From Hyalangium minutum (GTDB lineage Bacteria; Myxococcota; Myxococcia; Myxococcales; Myxococcaceae), in assembly GCF_000737315.1 (NCBI RefSeq), contig NZ_JMCB01000003.1:868001-932000 (forward strand): 64,000 bases of DNA, written 5' to 3'. The position numbers were made by a program, and so were the translations under genes. The stretch's first letter is position 1. The number at the start of each line of letters is the position of its first letter. The notes beneath the pieces were generated by a model. It worked only from the letters and a program-made list of their open reading frames with translations, did no database searches and was not told the DNA's origin. This document shows, piece after piece, positions 52,713 through 64,000 of this stretch.

Positions 52713-55025
52713 ATGCATGCACGGATGTGGGTGGTCGCTGCGCTCGTCTTCGTCGCGGCGACACGGGCGGCGGCTCAATCAACGGAGGCTGAGCAAGCGG
52801 CTCCTGTGGAGCCTCCAGCGGGTGAGCCTGCAGCACCTGCCTCGCCTGTCCCCTCCCCTGCCGTAGCGGAGCAGCCGGCCCCCCCGTCTGAAGCCGCGCA
52901 GCCAGCGCCCGCGGATGCGCCCACCGCGCCCGCCTCTCCGAAGTTCGAGAGCGTCGTCGTGGGCACCTCTGAGGCGAAGACGAGCGGCTCGGTCCACATC
53001 CTCAAGGCGGACACGCTGCAGCGCTTCGAGAAGGACGATCCGCACGCGATCCTCCAGTCCGTGCCCGGCGTCTACGCGCGCGGCGAGGATGGGTATGGCC
53101 TGCGGCCCAACATCGGCCTGCGCGGAGTGAACCCCGATCGCAGCAAGAAGGTGACGCTGCTGGAGGACGGCGTCCTCTTTGGCCCAGCGCCCTACTCCGC
53201 GCCAGCGGCCTACTACTTCCCGCTGATGACGCGCATGCAGAGCGTGCGCATCCTCAAGGGCCCCGCGGCCATCCAGCACGGCCCGCAGACGGTGGGCGGC
53301 TCGTTGGAGTTCATCACCCGGGACATCCCCGCCGAGGAGGATTTCGGGGTGGACCTGGGCGGCGGGCAGGATCTCTACGGCAAGTTCCACGGCTTCTACG
53401 GCGCGAGCACCGAGCGCAGCGGCTTCCTGCTGGAGGGCGTGCACCTGCGCACCAACGGCTTCAAGGAGCTGGACGGCGGCGGCTCCACCGGGTTCCGCCG
53501 CAACGAGTGGATGATGAAGGCCCGGCACCAGCTCGACGTGGAAGGGGACTCGCGCCAGAGCCTCCAGCTCAAGCTGGGCTACTCGGATGAGGTGTCCAAC
53601 GAGTCCTACCTGGGCCTGAGCGACGCAGACTTCGAGGCCAACCCGCAGCGCCGCTACGAAGTGAGCAAGATGGACCGGATGGAGAACCACCGCACCCAGG
53701 TGGTGCTCTCCCACCAGTTCGAGTCCGGCGCGCTGGCGGTGACGACGCAGGCCTACCGCATCGACTACCACCGCATCTGGCGGAAGGTGAACCGCTTCCG
53801 GAACATGGATATCGCCAGCGTGCTCGCGGATCCCACGAGCGCGCGCAACGCCATCTACTACAGCGTGCTCACGGGGCAGTTGGACAGCTCTACCTCCGGA
53901 GAGACGATCATGATCGGCCCCAACAACCGGGCCTTCGTCTCGCAGGGACTTCAGAGCGTGGCGCGGTGGACCACGGCCACGGGCCCGCTGAACCACAACC
54001 TGGAAGCCGGGGCGCGCTTCCACTACGACAGCATCCGCCGCATCCACACAGAGGACGGCTACCGCGTGGTGGGCGGAGAGTTCGTCCCCGAGGGTGGCCC
54101 CACGGACACCACCGCGAACAACAAGGACTCGACGCGCGCGGTGGCGCTCCACCTCACGGATGCGATGACGTGGGGGCGGTTCGTGGTGACGCCGGGCGTG
54201 CGGCTCGAGGTGATTCGCTCGCAGTCGGCGGACTACCTGAACGAGAAGCGCCAGGAGGGGGCGCTCGAGGTGCTGCTGCCGGGCCTGGGTGTCTACGGCT
54301 CGCTCACGCGAGCGCTGGGCCTGTTCGCGGGTGCGTATCAGGGCTTCTCGCCTCCCGCGCCGGGCCAGGCAGGCACGGTGCTCCCGGAGAAGAGCGTGAA
54401 CTTCGAGGGCGGCGCTCGGTGGACGCGCAGCGGCGAGCGCTTCGAGGTGGTGGGCTTCTTCAACGACTACTCGAACCTCACGGACGTGTGCACCTTCTCC
54501 AACGGATGTCTGAACGAGAACCTGGATCGCCAGGTGGACGCGGGCGAGGCCAACATCTGGGGCATGGAGGTCTTCGCGGAGAAGACGTTCCGGCCGGGCG
54601 GCGGCGTGACGTTCCCCACGTCGCTCGCCTACACGCTCACCCGGACGAAGCTGCTCGAGGACTTCCGCTCGGACGATCCGCAGTACGGCGTGGTGCGCGC
54701 TGGGGACGAGATGCCCTATGTGCCTCGGCACCAGCTGTACGCCTCGGCGGGCGTGGAGTCAGTGCTCGGGGGCGTCTTCTTGAGCGCGGCGTACGTGGGC
54801 TCCATGCGCGAGGCAGCGGGCCAGGGAGAGATCCCCGAGGGTGAGAAAACGGGCGCCCAGCTGACGTTCGATCTGAACGCGAGCTGGAACTTCGCCAAGC
54901 AGGCCGAGCTCTACCTGAGCGCTCGCAACCTGCTGAACGAGCAAGTCATCGTCTCCCGCCGTCCGTTCGGCGCCCGGCCCAACGCGCCGCGCACAGTGCT
55001 GGTCGGACTGAAGTACTCGATGTAG
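52713..55025 (+). CDS. TonB-dependent receptor (FecA-like)
   Basis: Signal peptide; plug motif EDGYGLRPNIGLRG..RSKKVTLLEDGV..PYSAPAAYY; C-terminal RNLLNE...GAPRT-like strand. Confidence 0.92.
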   Translation: MHARMWVVAALVFVAATRAAAQSTEAEQAAPVEPPAGEPAAPASPVPSPAVAEQPAPPSEAAQPAPADAPTAPASPKFESVVVGTSEAKTSGSVHILKADTLQRFEKDDPHAILQSVPGVYARGEDGYGLRPNIGLRGVNPDRSKKVTLLEDGVLFGPAPYSAPAAYYFPLMTRMQSVRILKGPAAIQHGPQTVGGSLEFITRDIPAEEDFGVDLGGGQDLYGKFHGFYGASTERSGFLLEGVHLRTNGFKELDGGGSTGFRRNEWMMKARHQLDVEGDSRQSLQLKLGYSDEVSNESYLGLSDADFEANPQRRYEVSKMDRMENHRTQVVLSHQFESGALAVTTQAYRIDYHRIWRKVNRFRNMDIASVLADPTSARNAIYYSVLTGQLDSSTSGETIMIGPNNRAFVSQGLQSVARWTTATGPLNHNLEAGARFHYDSIRRIHTEDGYRVVGGEFVPEGGPTDTTANNKDSTRAVALHLTDAMTWGRFVVTPGVRLEVIRSQSADYLNEKRQEGALEVLLPGLGVYGSLTRALGLFAGAYQGFSPPAPGQAGTVLPEKSVNFEGGARWTRSGERFEVVGFFNDYSNLTDVCTFSNGCLNENLDRQVDAGEANIWGMEVFAEKTFRPGGGVTFPTSLAYTLTRTKLLEDFRSDDPQYGVVRAGDEMPYVPRHQLYASAGVESVLGGVFLSAAYVGSMREAAGQGEIPEGEKTGAQLTFDLNASWNFAKQAELYLSARNLLNEQVIVSRRPFGARPNAPRTVLVGLKYSM

Positions 55026-55131
55026 GCCACACGCAAATTAACCTCGGAGTGGCTGCGGGGTTCTCTTGACGAAGGCCGTGGGAGCCACAGGGGCTTCCCC
55101 ACGCGTCCCTGTACCGAGGAGAACTCACACC

Positions 55132-55527
55132 ATGCGCATCAAGACGACCTTGCTGTCCACCACCCTCGCCTCGCTGCTGTTCGCCACCGCCTCGCTGGCC
55201 GCACAGGAGGCCACGCCGGACGGCCGTCAGCACGCTGCGGGCGAGTGCCGCGGTGGCAAGGGTGGCAAGGAAGGGAAGATGTTCCACAAGCTGGCGCGAA
55301 TGGAGCACCGGCTGGATCGCGCCGTGGAGAAGGGCCGGCTGACGCAGGCGCAGGCGGACCAGTTCAAGGCCGAGGCCCGCCAGCTGCGCGACGAGGCACA
55401 GGCGCAGCGCCAGTCCAGCGGCGGCCAGCTCACGGACGCGCAGCGCGAGCAGCTCCGGCAGCGCAAGCAGGCCCTGCGCGAGAAGGTGAAGGCCGCGATG
55501 AAGGCCACCGCGCCGCAGGGGGTCTGA
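55132..55527 (+). CDS. Small secreted helical protein (Spy/CpxP-like)
   Basis: Signal peptide, LTQAQADQ and LTDAQREQ motifs; GAGGAG RBS. Confidence 0.6.
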   Translation: MRIKTTLLSTTLASLLFATASLAAQEATPDGRQHAAGECRGGKGGKEGKMFHKLARMEHRLDRAVEKGRLTQAQADQFKAEARQLRDEAQAQRQSSGGQLTDAQREQLRQRKQALREKVKAAMKATAPQGV

Positions 55528-55533
55528 GTTGGC

Positions 55534-57045
55534 TCAGTCGAAGAGGCCCTGGAGGTAGAAGCGGCCGTCCTTCGCATCCCGGAACACCCACGCCGGGCCC
55601 ATGCCCTCGAAGTGGACCCGGTAGTAGTCGCGGCTGTAGGGGTCCTTCGCCCACCACTCGCCGCCCAGGCGCTCCGGTCCAGCCATCGCCATCACCCGGC
55701 GCCGCTTGCCCAACAGCCACGCCGCGCGCAGTTCCCCAGACTCCGTCACCTCGGCGTCCAGCGTGGCCGGCTGCTCCAGCAGCCGCGAGGGCCGCTCCTT
55801 CAGCGCGTCCTCCAGCGGCACTTCCACCTCGGCCTCCGGCAGCAGTTCTCCCGCCATGCCTCGCGTGGTGGCCGGGGGATGGAAGGCCTGCGCCGCATAG
55901 GCCTGCTCCGGGCGGTGGACGGCCTCCAGCGAGGCGGAGAAGAGCGACTCCTCTCCCAGCGTCGTGACCAGCCGCGACAGCACCACCTCCAACGCAGCAT
56001 CGCCCTCGGGCGTATCACCCAGCGCCAGCTGCTGCCCTCGGTCCTCGTTGTGCTCCTCCACCCGCACCGAGATCCCCGCTATTGGGTTCTCCACCCGCAG
56101 ATCGGAGAGCTGGTGCCGCGCCAGATCCAGCAACAGCTTCGCCCGCGCCGTGGGCCGGGCCAGCGTCAGCGGCAGCTCCACCTGCCCCGTCGGATCCAGC
56201 TTCAGCACGAACTTCAACCGCACCGCCGCCCGCCGGCGCCCCGCCAGCCGCGCGCAGAGCCGATCCAGCAACGTCTTCAGCGCGAACTGCAGGGGCTCGA
56301 AGGACTCGGCAGGCCAGTCCAGCGTCATCCGCTCCTCGAGCACCTCCTCCAGCACCGCCGGAACGAAGGGTGTGTCATCCCCTCCCCCGCACAGCGTGTG
56401 AGCGCGCAGCCGTGACATGCCCCCGCGCGCCGCCACCGCTCCCGCAGGCAGCGCCGCCACCTCGCCCAGGGTTCTCAACCCAAGCGCCACGAAGGCCTCG
56501 CGCTCTGGCCCCTCCAGCGCCGCGAGCGGCAGCAGTGCCAACATCTGGGCACTCCCACCCTCCGGCACCACCAGTACGGGCCGCGTGCCATTCCGAGCCA
56601 AAGTCCGCGCCGTGAACAGCTCCGAGGCCACCACCGCCCGGCCCCGGTACCCATGGATCGAGCAGACCTCCAGCGCCCGCAGGCACAGCCCCTCCTCGCC
56701 TCCGAAGAGGTGCGCCGCGCTCGCGTCGAACCACAGCCCCTCCGGCGCGGAGAGCTGAAACCCCGGCGCGACGCACATCAGCGCCTCGCCCAGGGATGTC
56801 AGGGCACGGACCTCGTCCTCCTCCTTATAAGGAAAGTGCTGCAGCGAGGGCTCCAGGGCCGTCGCTGCCGTCAGCGTCATCCCCGGACGGACACCGGCCT
56901 TCAGGGCGCTCGTGGAAGCAAAGGCCACGCGCCGGGCACTCCGAACCTCCTCCTCCAGGACGAAGGGCTTTCCCGCCAGCACGGGCACCTCGATGACCTT
57001 CCGCTGCGCCGGGAAGCGCGAGAAGTGCAGATATCCCAGCCGCAT
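55534..57045 (-). CDS. imuB: Y-family polymerase-like ImuB
   Basis: ALKAGVRPGMTLTAA, GLWFDASA, LGLRTLGEVA and GPERLGGEWW..RDYYRV. Confidence 0.9.
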   Translation of the reverse strand: MRLGYLHFSRFPAQRKVIEVPVLAGKPFVLEEEVRSARRVAFASTSALKAGVRPGMTLTAATALEPSLQHFPYKEEDEVRALTSLGEALMCVAPGFQLSAPEGLWFDASAAHLFGGEEGLCLRALEVCSIHGYRGRAVVASELFTARTLARNGTRPVLVVPEGGSAQMLALLPLAALEGPEREAFVALGLRTLGEVAALPAGAVAARGGMSRLRAHTLCGGGDDTPFVPAVLEEVLEERMTLDWPAESFEPLQFALKTLLDRLCARLAGRRRAAVRLKFVLKLDPTGQVELPLTLARPTARAKLLLDLARHQLSDLRVENPIAGISVRVEEHNEDRGQQLALGDTPEGDAALEVVLSRLVTTLGEESLFSASLEAVHRPEQAYAAQAFHPPATTRGMAGELLPEAEVEVPLEDALKERPSRLLEQPATLDAEVTESGELRAAWLLGKRRRVMAMAGPERLGGEWWAKDPYSRDYYRVHFEGMGPAWVFRDAKDGRFYLQGLFD

Positions 57046-57069
57046 GAGCCCCTCCTCCCTGCTCCCAAC

Positions 57070-57948
57070 TCAGCGCGAGGCCGAGCCCGCCTTCAGCACC
57101 GCCCCCATGGAAGGCATGGAAGCATCCCGCCCAGGACGCTGGCCCAGGATTCCGCACCCGTTGCGCTTCTCCCAGGAACGCTCGCGATAGAAGTCCGGGA
57201 CCAGCTCCTTCTCCGCCGGCATGTCCCCCGCGAGCAGCACGGACTCCTCACCCTCGGGACCCAGCGCCGGATAGAGCGCGTTCCACGGCAGCACGGCCCG
57301 CGTCCCCAGCCCGCCCTGGCGGCTGCGCACCACCTCCACGGAGACACCCTCGGGCCCCAGGGACTCGGTCCTCATGCGCGTCACACCGTCCGCCGGAGCG
57401 CTCGGAGAGGACAGCAGCAGCAACAGGCTCCCACCCCGGAAGGCCGCATCCGCGAGCTTCTTGCCCTCCGCCAGGGACAGCCGCAGGCCAGCGGACTTGC
57501 CGCCCGATGCGCTCGACGCGAGGCCGTGGTTCAAATCCAGCACCACGCACGCGAACGCGCCGCTCCGGGCCAGCTGCACCGCCGTCCACGCCAGCTGGGA
57601 GGGCTCCTTGGGGCGGATGATCAGCAACCGGGACAGGTCCACCCCCATGGCCGCGGCCGCGGGCGGATAGAGCTCCTTGGGCCCATCCACCCAGGCGCAC
57701 AGCCGCTGCTCCTTGTGCGCGGCGGCCACCGCGCGCAGCGCCAGGCTGGTGCGCCCCGAGGCCGCCTCACCGCACAGCTCCACCGCCTGCCCCAGCGGGA
57801 AGCCGCCCGAGGGCAGCAGCGCGTCCACCTCCTCCACCCCGGTGCGCAGCGTGGCCAGATAGCTCCGAGGCGCGGCCTGCAGCTGGCGGATCCGCTCCCG
57901 CAGCTGCTCCACCACTGCTCCCGATCGCTGTTCCGCCGTCGCGCTCAT
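57070..57948 (-). CDS. imuA: RecA-like ImuA
   Basis: TGVEEVDALLPSGGFPLGQAVE..GEAASGRTSLA and AWVDGPKELYPP; directly upstream of imuB. Confidence 0.9.
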   Translation of the reverse strand: MSATAEQRSGAVVEQLRERIRQLQAAPRSYLATLRTGVEEVDALLPSGGFPLGQAVELCGEAASGRTSLALRAVAAAHKEQRLCAWVDGPKELYPPAAAAMGVDLSRLLIIRPKEPSQLAWTAVQLARSGAFACVVLDLNHGLASSASGGKSAGLRLSLAEGKKLADAAFRGGSLLLLLSSPSAPADGVTRMRTESLGPEGVSVEVVRSRQGGLGTRAVLPWNALYPALGPEGEESVLLAGDMPAEKELVPDFYRERSWEKRNGCGILGQRPGRDASMPSMGAVLKAGSASR

Positions 57949-57974
57949 CACACCGTCTCCGAGGCCGAGCCGAT

Positions 57975-57991
57975 CTACACGCTCGTTCAGT
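57975..57991. promoter_or_regulatory. Myxobacterial LexA (SOS) box
   Basis: CTACACGCTCGTTCAGT matches 16 of 17 positions of the M. xanthus consensus CTRHAMRYBYGTTCAGS (recalled); 27 bp upstream of imuA. Confidence 0.8.
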
Positions 57992-58252
57992 ATGCTCACG
58001 GATCTGCCCCTCGGCACGAAGGACCTGGTGCGGTGGTCGTGCGGGGACGAAAGGGGTATGCGGCGATCCTCGCGGGATCACAGGCACTCGCGCCTTCAAT
58101 CCAACCTCCCAGGCCAGATCTGGGCAACGAATGTGCCGGGGCGCCTCGAGCCGCAGGCCACTCTCCAGCCGAAGGCCAGAGCCGGGATTTTTCCCTCGGA
58201 ATGATCGCGCGGAGGCCGATTTCTCGGCCTCAAACGCGCGGGGCTCGCACCC

Positions 58253-59473
58253 CTACTGCGCGCAAAAAAGCTTGACTTCGACGGCCTGATCATCCGGCAG
58301 GCGAGTACAGTCGCCCAGGAAGAAGATGCGCGCGGGACGGTCCTCGCCGGACGGGTCGTAGCGCAGGTTCCCCGCCGCCACGCTGCACGTCTGCACCGAG
58401 CCATCCGCCCGCGTCACGTCCACGCGCGCCAGCCGCGGATCCGGCAGGTTCATCACCTCGATGCTCTGCGATATCGCCGCCAGCTCCGCGATGGCCACCA
58501 GCGTGTCGCGGTAGCTCGGCTTGCAGATGGAGTCCAGGTTCCGCAGCTGACTGTCGAAGCGCTCGGACATGGCGCGGTGGCGGAAGCCAGGACCGTAAGA
58601 CGTTGGACACTCCACGTTGCGAACGACGATCCCCGTCGGTGTCGACTCCTGCACCGTTCCAGCCCGCTTGTCGCTCAGCGCCACCGGGCCAATTGTCGCC
58701 CACAGCACTTCGCGCGCCGCGCCCTTGCCGTCCTTCAGCCCCTGGAAGATCTGGAAGTAGTCGTCCACGGACGTGAGCAACGCGGCCTGCTCCGAGCACA
58801 AGTCCTTCGACGTGTCCTCCGTGAGCGCCACCGGCGGCGGGCGCAGCGTGGAGCTGCAGTCCTCCTCGTCCGTCACGACGACCACCAACAACCGGGCCCC
58901 GTCCCTCAGGAAGCCCCCGTTCCCCCCCTGCGCCAGCGGCGTGGTGGCCAGCGAGGAGGCCACCGCCAGCCGTACCGCCTCGAAGGGCGTCTCCTGGCCG
59001 CTGCCGAGCGTCCCCTGTTGGACCAGCCGCCCGAACTTCGGCAGCAGCTCTGGGTCCGAGCCCTCGATATAGCGCTCAGCGCTAGGCTCCTTGGCCGCCG
59101 TAGGAACGGGCCTCAGGTGGCCGGCCTCTTCGGGGTACTCGCGATAGAGGTCGCGGTTATCAATGAAGGAGCGCCGATAGACGGAGGTCGTAATCACCCC
59201 CACCCGGAAGTCTTGCGCCACCCCGCCTCCCTGCCGGAGCTCGGACACGAAGGCCGGCAGCTCCGTGGCAATGGCGAGCTGCTCCTCGGACATCGACCCG
59301 GAGTTGTCGATGACGAAGAGCACGTCCGTCTTCTGGGTGGCAATGCTGGGGGCGTCCGCCTGGCACTTGCCGGGGACGGTGGATCCCGCCTGGTCTACCG
59401 GCGAGCTACAGGCCACGGCCCATGCCAGGGCGGCGGCCATCAGTGGGGGACGAGCAGGCCTTCGGGCCCTCAT
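58253..59473 (-). CDS. vWA-domain lipoprotein
   Basis: Lipobox AVAC, MIDAS motif DVLFVIDNSGSM, LLVVVVTDEEDCS and several Cys. Confidence 0.85.
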   Translation of the reverse strand: MRARRPARPPLMAAALAWAVACSSPVDQAGSTVPGKCQADAPSIATQKTDVLFVIDNSGSMSEEQLAIATELPAFVSELRQGGGVAQDFRVGVITTSVYRRSFIDNRDLYREYPEEAGHLRPVPTAAKEPSAERYIEGSDPELLPKFGRLVQQGTLGSGQETPFEAVRLAVASSLATTPLAQGGNGGFLRDGARLLVVVVTDEEDCSSTLRPPPVALTEDTSKDLCSEQAALLTSVDDYFQIFQGLKDGKGAAREVLWATIGPVALSDKRAGTVQESTPTGIVVRNVECPTSYGPGFRHRAMSERFDSQLRNLDSICKPSYRDTLVAIAELAAISQSIEVMNLPDPRLARVDVTRADGSVQTCSVAAGNLRYDPSGEDRPARIFFLGDCTRLPDDQAVEVKLFCAQ

Positions 59474-59719
59474 GAGGGTTCCCTCCCGTATACGCAACGC
59501 GCTTGGACGCGCCGCATCGAATGAAATGGAATCTGGGGTTCAGCATGCCCCACCCGCCACGGCTTCGCGACAACCGTCTGGCAGGCAAACTCGCCTTCGG
59601 AAAAATGCACATCGCGTTTGCCATGGCCGTTTTGGTTGCTACGTTGGGTCAACTGGCACAGAAGAACAGCTTGTAATCAACAGCCCGACATGCGGTCGGG
59701 CACCTAGAGGGTCGAACGA

Positions 59720-62212
<2,493 letters not shown>

Positions 62213-62249
62213 ACAGGCTGTCGATCACCTCTGGGTGATGCAGTAGACG

Positions 62250-62277
62250 CGGGCAGGCTCCTTCGGGGGCCTGCCCG
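62250..62277 (+). terminator. Hairpin after lon
   Basis: CGGGCAGGCTCC TTCG GGGGCCTGCCCG with a weak U-tail. Confidence 0.65.
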
Positions 62278-62319
62278 TTGTCGTTGGAGGCAACACGCTT
62301 TCCGCGGAGGGGCACTTCG

Positions 62320-62638
62320 ATGAAGTACACGTACCTGGGACGCACGGACTTGAAGGTGTCGCGCATCTGGGTGCATGAGCTACGGCAGCACCTCGTGGCG
62401 CCCGTGGGTGCTGGACGAGGAGGCCGTGAAGCAGGTGGCCACGGCGCGAGGGAACTCGATGGCGGAGGTGGCCCTGGCGTGGCTGTTGTCCAAGCCCATG
62501 GTGACGGCGCCCATCGTCGGCGCGACGAAGCTGGACCACCTGGAGGCAGCCATCCGCGCGGTGGAGGTCCAGCTCTCGCCGGAGGACATCGCGGCGCTCG
62601 AGAAGCCCTACAAGCCGCACGAGGTCCGCGGCTTCTAA
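62320..62638 (+). pseudogene. Aldo/keto reductase pseudogene
   Basis: MKYTYLGRTDLKVSRI, a frameshift, CMSYGS..PWVLDEE fused directly to C-terminal AEVALAWLL..PIVGATK; the catalytic core is missing. Confidence 0.85.
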
Positions 62639-64000
62639 CCCCGCTCGGGCTCTCGCGAGGGCTCCGGCCACAAGGAACGCCTGCGGGCCAGCTCGAGCAC
62701 GCGGGCATTCTCGGGAACCCGGGTCAGGAAACGCTCCTGGGCTGCCGCATCGGGGAGCTGCTCCATCCGGAGGCGCAAGCACTCCACGGCCTTGCGCAGG
62801 GCGGCTTCGGCCGCTGCGTCATCCCCTTGGGACAGGCAGGCCGCCGTCAGCGCGTGCCAGCCGCTCACAGACGCCGCGCCCACGCCCCCCATCTGCTCCA
62901 CCACCCGCACGCCCTCCTCCGCCTCCGCGCGGCTCTCCTGAGCGCGATCCTGGGCCAGCAGCGTCGCGCTCAGGCAGATCCGCGCGAAGACTTGGTAGAC
63001 GGGAAGGCCCTCCAACCGTGCGCACGCCTCGCGAGCCCATTTCTCTGCTTCGCGGAGTGAGCCCTGCGCCAGCGATGCTCGGGCCAGCGCCGCGGTCGCG
63101 ATGCCCTGGTGCTGCGGGTTCGTCCGCTCCGCCTCCAGCTCGAGGAGCGCCAAGCGGCGGGACTCCTCCTGATCCTCCGGCTCGGAGCTCCCCGACAGGA
63201 CCAGGGCCATGTGGATCGAAAACCAGCTGCCCGCCCGGCCAAAGTATTTGATTCTCACCCGCTCTTCTCTCAGCACGGCTGAGGCCCGGGGCATCTCCCC
63301 CAGGGCAGCCAGGACCTGCCCGAGCAGGGCCCGGGTCACCAGCTGGTTCCTCTCCGCGCCGATTTTGCCAAAGGCCTCCAGGGACTCCTCCGCACCGAGC
63401 AGCGCTCGCCAGAGGCGAGTGCCGTAGTCGTACTCGACCTGGGCCTGCCCGAGGGACCACCAGCCATGGGCGAAAGCATCACGCTCCGCACCGTTTCTCG
63501 CGATCACGGCTTCGCGTTCCTGCACGAGCAGGGCCTTCTGCGGGTGGCCCGTCCATTGGTACATGCCACTGAGGAAAGCGAGCGCCTCGATGTACGGGGC
63601 CATGGCACCCGGGGCGGGTTGGATGCCCATCAGCCGGTGTGCGAGCTCGCTCGCCTCCTGGAAGCGTCCGCTCATGGCGTCCATCAGGATGAGGTTTCCC
63701 ACCACCTGTATCCAGGCGCCACTCCCCTCGGCGAGCTTGGGCAGGACCTCATGGCTGACGGCGACGGTGCGGGCGAAGTCATCCATCCAGAAGGCGATGT
63801 CCGCCTCCAGCACCTGGAGCTCGGTGAGGATCTGCCCCGAAGGCTCACAGGCCAGCGCGGCCGCCAGACACCGCTGAGCCCCCTGCAGATCCGAGCGCTG
63901 CCGCTCGCAGTTGTGTTTGCAGGCGAGGACAAAGAAGTGGATGGCCTTCTGCTTCTCCCCACCGAGCTTGTAGTGCTCGGCCAGCACGATGGGCTCGGAC
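62635..64000 (-). CDS. C-terminal part of a TPR-rich protein (kinase/AAA-TPR type); 5' end lies outside the window
   Basis: The ORF runs off the window end; VLAEHY..GG...KA and helical repeats ending LTRVPENARVLELA. Confidence 0.7.
   Translation of the reverse strand, partial: SEPIVLAEHYKLGGEKQKAIHFFVLACKHNCERQRSDLQGAQRCLAAALACEPSGQILTELQVLEADIAFWMDDFARTVAVSHEVLPKLAEGSGAWIQVVGNLILMDAMSGRFQEASELAHRLMGIQPAPGAMAPYIEALAFLSGMYQWTGHPQKALLVQEREAVIARNGAERDAFAHGWWSLGQAQVEYDYGTRLWRALLGAEESLEAFGKIGAERNQLVTRALLGQVLAALGEMPRASAVLREERVRIKYFGRAGSWFSIHMALVLSGSSEPEDQEESRRLALLELEAERTNPQHQGIATAALARASLAQGSLREAEKWAREACARLEGLPVYQVFARICLSATLLAQDRAQESRAEAEEGVRVVEQMGGVGAASVSGWHALTAACLSQGDDAAAEAALRKAVECLRLRMEQLPDAAAQERFLTRVPENARVLELARRRSLWPEPSREPERG

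Overview
High-GC myxobacterial DNA; the Lon protein closely resembles M. xanthus LonD/BsgA from memory. 130-17.9 kb is a complete minus-strand type VI secretion core operon (tssJ-K-L-M-tagF-tssA-B-C-hcp-tssE-F-G-H) with no spike genes. 18-22 kb is a polymorphic-toxin patch: a Tox-REase-5 lipoprotein with Imm52, an orphan PepSY-like gene and a decayed toxin/immunity remnant. 22-30 kb holds AraC/OYE/pirin genes and a large Kelch plus Ig-like surface protein. 30.7-46 kb is the T6SS spike/effector locus: two head-to-head vgrG genes, TIGR02270, a KAS-like adaptor, AHH nuclease/Imm11, Imm49, DUF6484, DUF4150 and DUF2169, plus a direct-repeat-flanked insertion. 46.5-55 kb holds DJ-1/LysR and a Fur-box-centred cluster (HTTM, imelysin, delta-60 lipoprotein, TonB-dependent receptor). 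55-64 kb holds imuAB with a LexA box, a vWA lipoprotein, lon, an AKR pseudogene and a partial TPR protein. Best candidate for an undescribed system: an evolved VgrG whose C-terminus carries a caspase/CHAT-like (clan CD) His-Cys protease motif set. It is followed directly by two PepSY-like genes (candidate inhibitor-type immunity), with a third orphan PepSY-like paralog next to tssJ. All family calls come from motif recognition by eye; no database search was run. No rRNA, tRNA, CRISPR array or intact transposase was seen.
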